Below are positions 8,570 to 16,520 of a stretch of 32,000 bases of DNA, piece by piece. Origin of the DNA: Candidatus Saccharimonadota bacterium. Its GTDB lineage: Bacteria > Pseudomonadota > Gammaproteobacteria > Enterobacterales > Enterobacteriaceae. The stretch covers positions 187,842 through 219,841 of the forward strand of contig NZ_AP018159.1 in NCBI RefSeq assembly GCF_004296535.1. The letters are read 5' to 3'. Within the stretch, counting starts at the first letter, position 1. Every line of letters starts with the position of its first letter. The notes below the pieces were generated by a model that did not search any database, was not told the origin of the DNA, and was given only the letters and a program-made list of their open reading frames with translations. The position numbers were made by a program, and so were the translations under genes.

Positions 8570-10942
8570 ATGATTAAAAAAATTATTAAAAACATTATTT
8601 TTTTTATAATACTAATTAATATTTTTTTTAATAATATATTATATGCTGATGATAATAATAAATTTTTAATAAAAAAAATTAATATTATTGGTGTAAATAA
8701 TTTTTCTAAAGATATTATAGAAAATAAAATAAAAAATTATAAAAATAAAAATATAAGTAAAAGTGATATTAAAAATATAATCAAATATTTATATGATACT
8801 AAATTGTTTAATAATATTAAAATTGATATTAAAAATAACGATTTAATAATATATATAAATGAAAATAAATTAATAAATAATATTAAATTTTTTAATAATA
8901 AATTATTAAATAATACTGAATTAATAAATATATTAAAAAAATTTAATCTAAATAATAATGAAATATTTAATGAAAAAAATTTATTTGATTTTAAAAAAGA
9001 AATAAAAAAAATTTATATTAATAATGGTAAATTTTTTTTTAATATAGAAGATATTATAGAAAATATAAATAATAATAAAATAAATATTACATTATTTTTT
9101 AATGAAGGAGAATTTACTAAAATAAATAATGTAAATATTGAAGGAAATAGATTATTAAATAAAAAAAGTATACTAAATATATTAGATATAAATTATGGAT
9201 TATTTAAAACAGTATATAATAAAAATAAATTACTCAATAATTTATTAAAATTAAATTTAATATATAAAAAAAAAGGCTATTTAAATTTTTCAATTAATAA
9301 ATTAAATACAAAATTTATTGAAAAAAATAATTCTATTGATATAGATTTAGTTATCAATGAAGGGAAAATATTTTTAATAAATAAATTTATTGTAAATGGG
9401 AATTATAATGAATTACATAAATTAGATATAAATTCTCTTTGTAATTTTAAAAAAAATGAAATTTATAATTATAAAAAAATATATAATGTAAAAAATAAAA
9501 TAAAAAATTTTTTATTAAAAAAAGGTTACAAAAACCCAAAAATAAATATATTAATTAGTAATTTAAATAAAAATAAATGTACATTAGATATAAATGTTGA
9601 AATAGATATTCAAGATAAATTAAATATTAGAAATATAAAAATATATGGAAATAAAAAAACTTTAGATAAAGTTTTAAAAAATAAAATGAAACAAAAAGAA
9701 AAAACAGAATTTAATATATTTCAAACAAAAAGTGATATTTTAGAATTAAATAAATTTAAATATTTTAATAAAATAAATATATATACAAAAAAAATATATA
9801 AAATAGATAATTTAATAGATTTAATTTATTTTGTAAAAGAGCCTTATGTTAATAATTTTAGTGTAGGAGCAAATCTAAATAGTAAAACTTTAAATTTTGA
9901 ATGTAATTACAATAATATAAATTGGCTTGGATCTGGAAATTCTTTATTATTAAAAGCTATATACAACGATCCAAAATATTTTTTATCATGTGATATAAAA
10001 AATCCCTATAATTTATTAAAAAATAATAAACAATATGAATGTAAAATATTTGATAATTTAAATACTGTAAATAATAATTCAGATGTATTAAGAATAAAAG
10101 ATTCTGGTTTATCTAGTTCTATAAATAATAATATCAATGATAAAATTAATACTGAAAATAGATTATGTTTTTCAACAAGAACTATAAATTTTAATGAATT
10201 TGAAGAAAATATTAATGAAATAATTAAAAAAAATATTTTTAATGATAATATTCCAAAAAATATAATTGATTTAAATAAAAGTGATAAATACATTAAATTT
10301 AATAAAATTGATTTATTTACAAAAATGAAATATATTTATAACGTAAATAAATATAAAGAAAAATATTTAAATATAAGCTTTTCAACTGATAATAATCTTT
10401 TACCTTTTGGAATAAATTTGTATAGATTATTGTTTGAATATTTAAATAATAATAAAATAAATGATTATATAAGTCTAAAAAATGAAATAATATTTTTTAT
10501 TATGCCAGATATTAATAATAAAATACCATTTTATGAATATGGATTGATTAAAAATTATATAGATAATATAAGAGGATTTAAGTCAAATTGTATAGAAGAA
10601 ATTGACTATAGTAATATAGATGAAAATTGTGAAAATTTAAATATTTTAAAAAATAATTCTAAAATAAATATTATAAATGAAATATATTTACCTATAGAAT
10701 TAATATTTAATAATATAAAAGATTTTTTAAAAATATCATTATTTATTGATTCAAGTAATAATTTATATCTAGGAAATAACATTTTTAAAAATATATTATC
10801 GTTTCATGATCATATGTCATTTGGTATAAATGCAAAAATTAATTTAAAAATAGGAAATATAAATACATCGTATTCTATTCCTATAAAATATTGTGATTCA
10901 AATAATATAATTAATTTTCAATTTAAATTTAATAGAAAATAA
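8570..10942 (+). CDS. bamA: Outer-membrane protein assembly factor BamA
   Basis: The 790-aa protein has an N-terminal signal-like hydrophobic segment. It carries repeated POTRA-like units ('IKKINIIGVNNFS', 'INNVNIEGNRLL', 'IRNIKIYGNKKT'). The loop-6 'IRGFKSN' resembles E. coli 'VRGFQSN'. The C-terminus 'NFQFKFNRK' resembles 'QFQFNIGKTW' but lacks the final aromatic residue. It sits in the syntenic slot before dnaE. Confidence 0.85.
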   Translation: MIKKIIKNIIFFIILINIFFNNILYADDNNKFLIKKINIIGVNNFSKDIIENKIKNYKNKNISKSDIKNIIKYLYDTKLFNNIKIDIKNNDLIIYINENKLINNIKFFNNKLLNNTELINILKKFNLNNNEIFNEKNLFDFKKEIKKIYINNGKFFFNIEDIIENINNNKINITLFFNEGEFTKINNVNIEGNRLLNKKSILNILDINYGLFKTVYNKNKLLNNLLKLNLIYKKKGYLNFSINKLNTKFIEKNNSIDIDLVINEGKIFLINKFIVNGNYNELHKLDINSLCNFKKNEIYNYKKIYNVKNKIKNFLLKKGYKNPKINILISNLNKNKCTLDINVEIDIQDKLNIRNIKIYGNKKTLDKVLKNKMKQKEKTEFNIFQTKSDILELNKFKYFNKINIYTKKIYKIDNLIDLIYFVKEPYVNNFSVGANLNSKTLNFECNYNNINWLGSGNSLLLKAIYNDPKYFLSCDIKNPYNLLKNNKQYECKIFDNLNTVNNNSDVLRIKDSGLSSSINNNINDKINTENRLCFSTRTINFNEFEENINEIIKKNIFNDNIPKNIIDLNKSDKYIKFNKIDLFTKMKYIYNVNKYKEKYLNISFSTDNNLLPFGINLYRLLFEYLNNNKINDYISLKNEIIFFIMPDINNKIPFYEYGLIKNYIDNIRGFKSNCIEEIDYSNIDENCENLNILKNNSKINIINEIYLPIELIFNNIKDFLKISLFIDSSNNLYLGNNIFKNILSFHDHMSFGINAKINLKIGNINTSYSIPIKYCDSNNIINFQFKFNRK

Positions 10943-10951
10943 TTTTTTATT

Positions 10952-13717
10952 ATGAATAAATTTATTCATTTAAAAGTACATAGTGAATATTCAATAATTG
11001 ATAGTATTATTAAAATAGAAAATCTTATTAAAAAAATTAAATTATTTAATATGAAATCTGTAGCAATAAATGATTTTTATAATTTTTTTGGTTTAATAAA
11101 ATTTTATGAAGAATCTTGTAAAAATGAAATAAAACCGATTATAGGTATAGATATATTAATAAATAATGATTTTGATAATAATAATAATAATAATTATTGT
11201 TATTTAACATTAATAGCTTGTAATTTATTAGGATATAAAAATATTATATCAATAATATCAGAATCATACATAAAATCTAAAAAAAAATATAATAAATATC
11301 CAATAGTAAATAATGATATATTATTTAAATATAAAGATGAAATCATTGTATTATCTGGAGGAATAAATGGATATATAGGAAAATCAATAATTAATAATAA
11401 TAATAATAATAATTTAAAAAAATATATAAATTTATATTTAAAAACTTTTAAAGATAAATTTTATTTAGAAATATCTAGAATAGGTCTTAAAAATGAAGAA
11501 CTTTATATAAATGAATCAAAAATAATATCAAAAAAATATAATATATCCATTGTTGCAACAAATAATGTAATTTTTATAAATAAGAATGAATTTGATATAC
11601 ATAATATTAAAATACTTATAAATAAAAATATACATGGAATTAAAAATAATTATACAGTGAACCAATATTTAAAATCCGAAGAAGAAATGAATAATTTATT
11701 TCTAGACATTCCAGAAGCTATAATAAATACATTTGAAATATATAAAAGATGTAATGTTATATTAAATTTTGATAAATATTATTTACCAAAATTTTATAAA
11801 AAATTTAAATCTACAGAAAAAATCTTATATAGATATAGTAAATACAAATTATATAAAAAAATAAATGAAAAAGATAATAACATAGATTATAAAAAACATA
11901 AAATTTATTATGATAGATTATATAAAGAAATAAAAATAATAAATAAAATGGGATTTTCTGGATATTTTCTCATTGTAATGGAGTTTATAAAATGGTCAAA
12001 AAATAATGATATTCCTGTTGGACCTGGAAGAGGGTCTGGAACTGGATCATTAGTTTCATATGTATTAAATATAACAGAATTAGATCCTATAAAATTTAAT
12101 TTAATTTTTGAAAGATTTTTAAATCCAAATAGATTATCAATGCCAGATTTTGATATAGATTTTTGTGTAAAAAAAAGAGATTTTGTTATAAATCATATAA
12201 TAAATAAATATAGTATTAATAATGTTGCTAGAATAATTACATTTAATAGTATGACAGCAAAATCATCAATAAAAGATGTAGGTAGAGTATTAAATTATCC
12301 ATATGGTTTTATAAATAAAATAACAAATATAATACCTAATATACCAGGAATGACAATATCAAAATGTTTTAAAATAAATGAATTTATGAATCTATATAAT
12401 GAAAATGATGAAATTAAATATTTAATTGACGTTTCTATTAAACTAGAAGGAATAATAAAAGGAATAGGAAAACATGCTGGAGGTATAGTGATAACTCCTT
12501 GTAAAATAACTAATTTAATTCCAGTCTACTATGATAATATATATAATTGTTATATAACTCAATTTGATAAAAATGATATTGAAAAATCAGGATTAGTTAA
12601 ATTTGATTTTTTAGGATTAAAAACTTTATCTTTAATAGATGAAACTATAAAATTAATTAATATTAGATATAATAAAAATATAAACATAAATAAAATATCA
12701 TTATCAGATAAAAATAGTTTTAATTTGTTAAAATTAGGATTAACAAATGCTATATTTCAATTAGAATCTAAAGGAATAAAAAATATAATTAAAAAAATAA
12801 ATCCTAATAAATTTGAAGAAATAATTGATATAATAGCTTTATTTAGACCAGGTCCTATAAAGTCTAAAATGGTTGATAATTATATAAATAGAAAAAATAA
12901 AAAAGAAAAAATATACTACCCTAGTATGGATATTAAAAGTAATATTCTTAAAAAAATATTATATAGTACATATGGAATAATATTATATCAGGAACAAATA
13001 ATAGAAATAGCACAAAAATTCTCAAATTACTCAATAATAGAAGCTGATTTATTTAGAATAGCTATAAGTAAAAAAAATACAAAAGAAATGAGAAAACAAA
13101 AAGAAAAATTTATTAATGGAATAATATTGAAAAATAATAATATGAATTATAATACATCAGAAAAAATTTTTAATATTATTGAAAAATTTTCAGGATATGG
13201 TTTTAATAAATCACATTCAACAGCATATGCTATGATTGCATATCAAACATTATGGTTAAAATCTAATTATAAAAAAGAATTTATGCTATCTATAATGAAT
13301 CTAGAAATAAATAATAATAGTAAAATAATAAATTTAATTAAAGAATGTAATAATTTGAATATAAAAATAAATAAAATTAATATTAATTCAAGTAAATATG
13401 AATTTTATATAAATAAAAATAATGAAATTGAATATGGATTAGGATTTATAAAAGGAATATCTGAAAATATAATAAAAAAAATAATAGATAATAGAATAAA
13501 ATATGGAATTTATAAAAATATGTTAGATTTTTCTACAAGAGTAAATTTAAGTAAAATTGGAAAAAAAAATCTAGAAATATTAATTAATAATAATATTATT
13601 AATTTTGAAAAAATAAAAAACATTAATGATTTTATAAATAAATATTTTAATATATCAAAACAATATTTTAATAATATAAATAATAAACAAATAAATTTAT
13701 TTAAAAATTTAATATAA
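10952..13717 (+). CDS. dnaE: DNA polymerase III alpha subunit, C-terminally short (921 aa)
   Basis: PHP-domain start 'FIHLKVHSEYSIIDS' resembles 'FVHLRVHSDYSMIDG'. 'PVGPGRGSGTGSLVSYVLNITELDP', 'MPDFDIDFC', 'GKHAGGIVI', 'KFDFLGLKTL', 'ALFRPGP', 'ILYQEQ' and 'GYGFNKSHSTAYA' are present. The protein ends '...NNKQINLFKNLI*'. Confidence 0.93.
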   Translation: MNKFIHLKVHSEYSIIDSIIKIENLIKKIKLFNMKSVAINDFYNFFGLIKFYEESCKNEIKPIIGIDILINNDFDNNNNNNYCYLTLIACNLLGYKNIISIISESYIKSKKKYNKYPIVNNDILFKYKDEIIVLSGGINGYIGKSIINNNNNNNLKKYINLYLKTFKDKFYLEISRIGLKNEELYINESKIISKKYNISIVATNNVIFINKNEFDIHNIKILINKNIHGIKNNYTVNQYLKSEEEMNNLFLDIPEAIINTFEIYKRCNVILNFDKYYLPKFYKKFKSTEKILYRYSKYKLYKKINEKDNNIDYKKHKIYYDRLYKEIKIINKMGFSGYFLIVMEFIKWSKNNDIPVGPGRGSGTGSLVSYVLNITELDPIKFNLIFERFLNPNRLSMPDFDIDFCVKKRDFVINHIINKYSINNVARIITFNSMTAKSSIKDVGRVLNYPYGFINKITNIIPNIPGMTISKCFKINEFMNLYNENDEIKYLIDVSIKLEGIIKGIGKHAGGIVITPCKITNLIPVYYDNIYNCYITQFDKNDIEKSGLVKFDFLGLKTLSLIDETIKLINIRYNKNININKISLSDKNSFNLLKLGLTNAIFQLESKGIKNIIKKINPNKFEEIIDIIALFRPGPIKSKMVDNYINRKNKKEKIYYPSMDIKSNILKKILYSTYGIILYQEQIIEIAQKFSNYSIIEADLFRIAISKKNTKEMRKQKEKFINGIILKNNNMNYNTSEKIFNIIEKFSGYGFNKSHSTAYAMIAYQTLWLKSNYKKEFMLSIMNLEINNNSKIINLIKECNNLNIKINKININSSKYEFYINKNNEIEYGLGFIKGISENIIKKIIDNRIKYGIYKNMLDFSTRVNLSKIGKKNLEILINNNIINFEKIKNINDFINKYFNISKQYFNNINNKQINLFKNLI
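11177..11194. repeat. (AAT)6 in-frame trinucleotide repeat encoding Asn6 inside the dnaE PHP region
   Basis: Read directly as gat aat aat aat aat aat aat tat. It is in frame with the dnaE start at 10952. Confidence 0.9.
11393..11413. repeat. (AAT)7 in-frame trinucleotide repeat encoding Asn7 inside dnaE
   Basis: Read directly as att (aat)x7 tta. It is in frame with dnaE. Confidence 0.9.
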
Positions 13718-13885
13718 ATAATTTAAAAAAAATAATTAAAATATTGAATTTATAAATAAATAATATATAATATATACTATAAATAATTAAAAAATAATTT
13801 TAATTATATAATATAATAAATTTTTTAAATAATTTTTTTTATTTAATTTATTTACATTTAGAAAATATATTTAATTTTAAATCAA

Positions 13886-14092
13886 ATGAGAATAAAAGGT
13901 CAAGTAAAATGGTTTAATGAATCAAAAGGTTTTGGTTTTATTACTCCTAGTGATGGAACTAAAGATGTTTTTGTTCATTTTTCTTCAATACAAGGTAGTG
14001 GTTTTAAAACATTATCTGAAGGTCAAGATGTTGAATTTGAAATACAAGAAAGTCAAAAAGGTCCTTCTGCTATAAATGTTACAACTTTATAA
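13886..14092 (+). CDS. cspC: Cold-shock-domain protein (CspC/CspE family)
   Basis: '[64 protein letters not shown]' is near-identical by eye to E. coli CspC. It includes the RNP1 'KGFGFI' and RNP2 'VFVHF' motifs. Its neighbourhood with manX and tsaB mirrors the E. coli region. Assignment to cspC rather than cspE rests on 'GQVKWF', 'IQG.GF' and 'FEIQ..QKGP'. Confidence 0.9.
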   Translation: MRIKGQVKWFNESKGFGFITPSDGTKDVFVHFSSIQGSGFKTLSEGQDVEFEIQESQKGPSAINVTTL

Positions 14093-14105
14093 TATTTTTT
14101 ATTTT

Positions 14106-14146
14106 AAAAAAATTTACAAAATTATTTTTCATTTGTAAATTTTTTT
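14106..14146. terminator. Putative bidirectional intrinsic terminator between convergent cspC and the EIIA gene
   Basis: The structure is an A7 tract (14106-14112), stem tttacaaa (14113-14120), an 11-nt loop, stem tttgtaaa (14132-14139) and a T7 tract (14140-14146). It is centred in the 72-bp convergent spacer. The stem is almost entirely A/T with one G-C pair, so stability is low and chance occurrence is possible in this composition. Confidence 0.45.
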
Positions 14147-14164
14147 AAATAAAAATATTTTTTT

Positions 14165-14566
14165 TTAAAAATTATTTATATTTTTTATACTATTTTTACC
14201 TATTTCTATTAAAGATTTAGTTATTGTTTTTATACTTTTATTATTTTTATTCATAAAAAAATCTATTAACATTGGTAAATTAATTCCCGATATTATAGAA
14301 AATTTATATTTTTTTTCTTTAAGAATGTTATAAGATATATTAAATAAACTTCCACCAAAAATATCCGTTACACATATAATTCCATTTTTAATATTTAATT
14401 CTTCTATTTTCTTTACAAAAATATTATTAATATATTTATTTGAATCATTATCTGAGTCTAAATATATACAAGAAAAATTATTTTGTTTTCCTAATATAAT
14501 TTCTAACGATTTCATAAGATAGATAGATAATCTACCATGAGTACATAATAAAATTGCTATTTTCAT
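14165..14566 (-). CDS. manX: Stand-alone PTS mannose-family EIIA domain protein (equivalent to the N-terminal domain of ManX)
   Basis: 'MKIAILLCTHGRLS...' resembles E. coli ManX 'MTIAIVIGTHGWAA...', with the phospho-His10 context conserved. 'GIICVTDIFGGSLFN' resembles 'GVLFLVDTWGGSPFN', and 'IISGINLPMLIDFFM' resembles 'VIAGVNIPMLVETLM'. It is 133 aa, versus ~323 aa for the IIAB fusion. It lies between cspC and tsaB, as manX does in E. coli. Confidence 0.65.
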   Translation of the reverse strand: MKIAILLCTHGRLSIYLMKSLEIILGKQNNFSCIYLDSDNDSNKYINNIFVKKIEELNIKNGIICVTDIFGGSLFNISYNILKEKKYKFSIISGINLPMLIDFFMNKNNKSIKTITKSLIEIGKNSIKNINNF

Positions 14567-14596
14567 AAATAAAATAATAAAAATTATAAAAATAAA

Positions 14597-15223
14597 ATGA
14601 ATAAAAATATATTATATATATACACAAGTAAATTAAAATGTAATATATTATTATTATATAATAATAATATTATTAAAAGTAAAAAATATTCATATAAAAA
14701 TCATTTAAATGTAATTTTAAAAGAATTAAATAATATTATTAAAAATAACAATATAAATATTAATAATATAAATTTAATTTCTTCTATAAATGATCCAATT
14801 AATATATCTAGTATAAAATTTGGATTAAGTATATCACAAGGATTATCAATAGGATTAAATATACCATTAATAAAATTATCTTTATATGAAATTATATTAT
14901 ATAAAATAAAAAAAAAAAATATAAAAAATAATAATAATAATAATATATTAATAATTATAAATATAACAAATAATACTTTTTTATTAGTAATATGTAAATT
15001 GAAACTTAACAAATATAAAATAAAAAAATATATATATAACTTAAAAGAAATAATAAATTATATAATATATAATCAAAATATAAATTGGATAATAAATACT
15101 AATAATTTTAAAAACAAAATTAAAAATTTTATATATAATAAAAAAATAAAATTTATTAATTATGGATATACAAATAATGAAATTATATTTGATATAATTA
15201 ATGAAAAAATTAATATTCTTTAA
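14597..15223 (+). CDS. tsaB: tRNA t6A37 biosynthesis protein TsaB (YeaZ), highly diverged
   Basis: '[19 protein letters not shown]' resembles E. coli 'ILAIDTATEACSVALWNDG'. '[30 protein letters not shown]' resembles '[30 protein letters not shown]'. The length of 208 aa is in the expected range. Confidence 0.7.
   Translation: [208 protein letters not shown]
14927..14944. repeat. (AAT)6 in-frame repeat encoding Asn6 inside tsaB, preceded by an A12 tract at 14908-14919
   Basis: Read directly as aaa (aat)x6 ata, in frame with the tsaB start at 14597. Confidence 0.9.
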
Positions 15224-16490
15224 AGTAAAATTCTATAAAATTATTTTTTAAATTTAAATTTTTAATAAAAAAATTTTTTAAAAATTTTTTATGATTAATA
15301 TTTATATAATTTATATTTTTACCATATATTATTATTTTAAAAGGTTTTTTATTTGATAAAATGTATGCATATTTTAATTTAGGTTTAATTTCTTTTTTAC
15401 TATATATATTAAATAATAAATTAGATTTTTGTAATAATGTGTTTATAGTTTTAGTTTTTATTTTTATTTTATATTTAATAAATAATTTGTATATATATTT
15501 TACTATAAAATCTACGTTATTATGTAATGCAGATATATAAAATATTCTTATATTATTAATAATATAATATAATTTATTACTTATTTCTTTTTTATAATTT
15601 AATATACAAAACTTATCTAAACAATCTATTTTATTAAAAATTAATATTAATTTATCTAATTTGTATATTTTTTGAATAAAAAAAATATCTTTGTTAGATA
15701 AAATATTATTCATATCAATAATATATATTATAAAATCATACTTTTTATGAATATTTAAAATATAATTATTATATTTTTTTTTATGCTCAATATCATCTAC
15801 TCCAAAAGTATCAGTAAAAATAAACTTATAATTTTTATATATTAAATAAGTATCTATATTATTTAAGGTTGTTCCTTTACAATTCGATACCACCAATCTA
15901 TCATTTTTTAAAATTTTATTAATAAAAGTAGATTTTCCTGAATTAAATTTTCCTAGTATTAGCATATTTATATCATTTATTATATTAATACTTTTATTAA
16001 AAGTTTTTTTTTTTACATCTAAATTAATAATATATTTAAAAATATTTTTCATACCAATATTTTTTTTTACAGATACATAATATGTATATAAAATATTTAA
16101 AGAATTAAAATTATAATTTTCTTTATATTTTTTTAAATCTATTTTATTAATTATTAATATAATTTCTTTATTAAATTTTTTTATATAATTGAAAATTTCA
16201 AAATCTATTTTATTAAAGTTAAAAAATTCAACTATAAAAAAAATTATGTTTGATTCTAATATCGCCATTTTAGTTTGTTTATATATATTTTCATTAAATT
16301 CTCTAGGATTATCAATTAAAGATCCAGTATCTATAATTATTATATTTTCTTTATATATAAAATTTTTGTATTCTCTATCTCTAGTAGTTCCTTTAATATT
16401 TGATATTATAGATTTAGAAGATGTTAATCTATTAAATAAAAAAGTTTTTCCAACCTTAGATTTTCCAATTAAAGAAATTTTTATTTTCAT
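15210..16490 (-). CDS. der: Ribosome-associated GTPase Der (EngA), double G-domain
   Basis: It has two P-loops, 'GKSKVGKTFLFNRL' and 'GKFNSGKSTFINKIL'. It has two NKxD motifs, 'INKIDL' and 'FNKIDC'. It lies downstream of hisS, as in the E. coli hisS-yfgM-bamB-der block. Confidence 0.9.
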   Translation of the reverse strand: MKIKISLIGKSKVGKTFLFNRLTSSKSIISNIKGTTRDREYKNFIYKENIIIIDTGSLIDNPREFNENIYKQTKMAILESNIIFFIVEFFNFNKIDFEIFNYIKKFNKEIILIINKIDLKKYKENYNFNSLNILYTYYVSVKKNIGMKNIFKYIINLDVKKKTFNKSINIINDINMLILGKFNSGKSTFINKILKNDRLVVSNCKGTTLNNIDTYLIYKNYKFIFTDTFGVDDIEHKKKYNNYILNIHKKYDFIIYIIDMNNILSNKDIFFIQKIYKLDKLILIFNKIDCLDKFCILNYKKEISNKLYYIINNIRIFYISALHNNVDFIVKYIYKLFIKYKIKIKTKTINTLLQKSNLLFNIYSKKEIKPKLKYAYILSNKKPFKIIIYGKNINYININHKKFLKNFFIKNLNLKNNFIEFYFKEY

Positions 16491-16520
16491 AATAATATAA
16501 AATATTTTCTATTTTATTTT

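Noticed and set aside
10900-10942. The BamA C-terminus lacks the terminal aromatic residue ('...FQFKFNRK' versus E. coli '...FQFNIGKTW'), which could indicate a pseudogene.
   Set aside because: The 790-aa frame is uninterrupted. POTRA-like repeats and the loop-6 IRGF motif are present, and the difference is confined to the last three residues. That is insufficient to call loss of function, so it is noted only in the feature evidence.
13785-13805. A perfect 8-bp A/T palindrome (aattaaaa-aataa-ttttaatt) lies in the dnaE-cspC spacer. An 'atatat-gca-atatat' palindrome lies near 29384-29400 between metG and mnmE.
   Set aside because: They are composed only of A/T, so stability is negligible. Such palindromes are expected by chance at this base composition. 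I cannot support them as terminators or operators without a statistical null.
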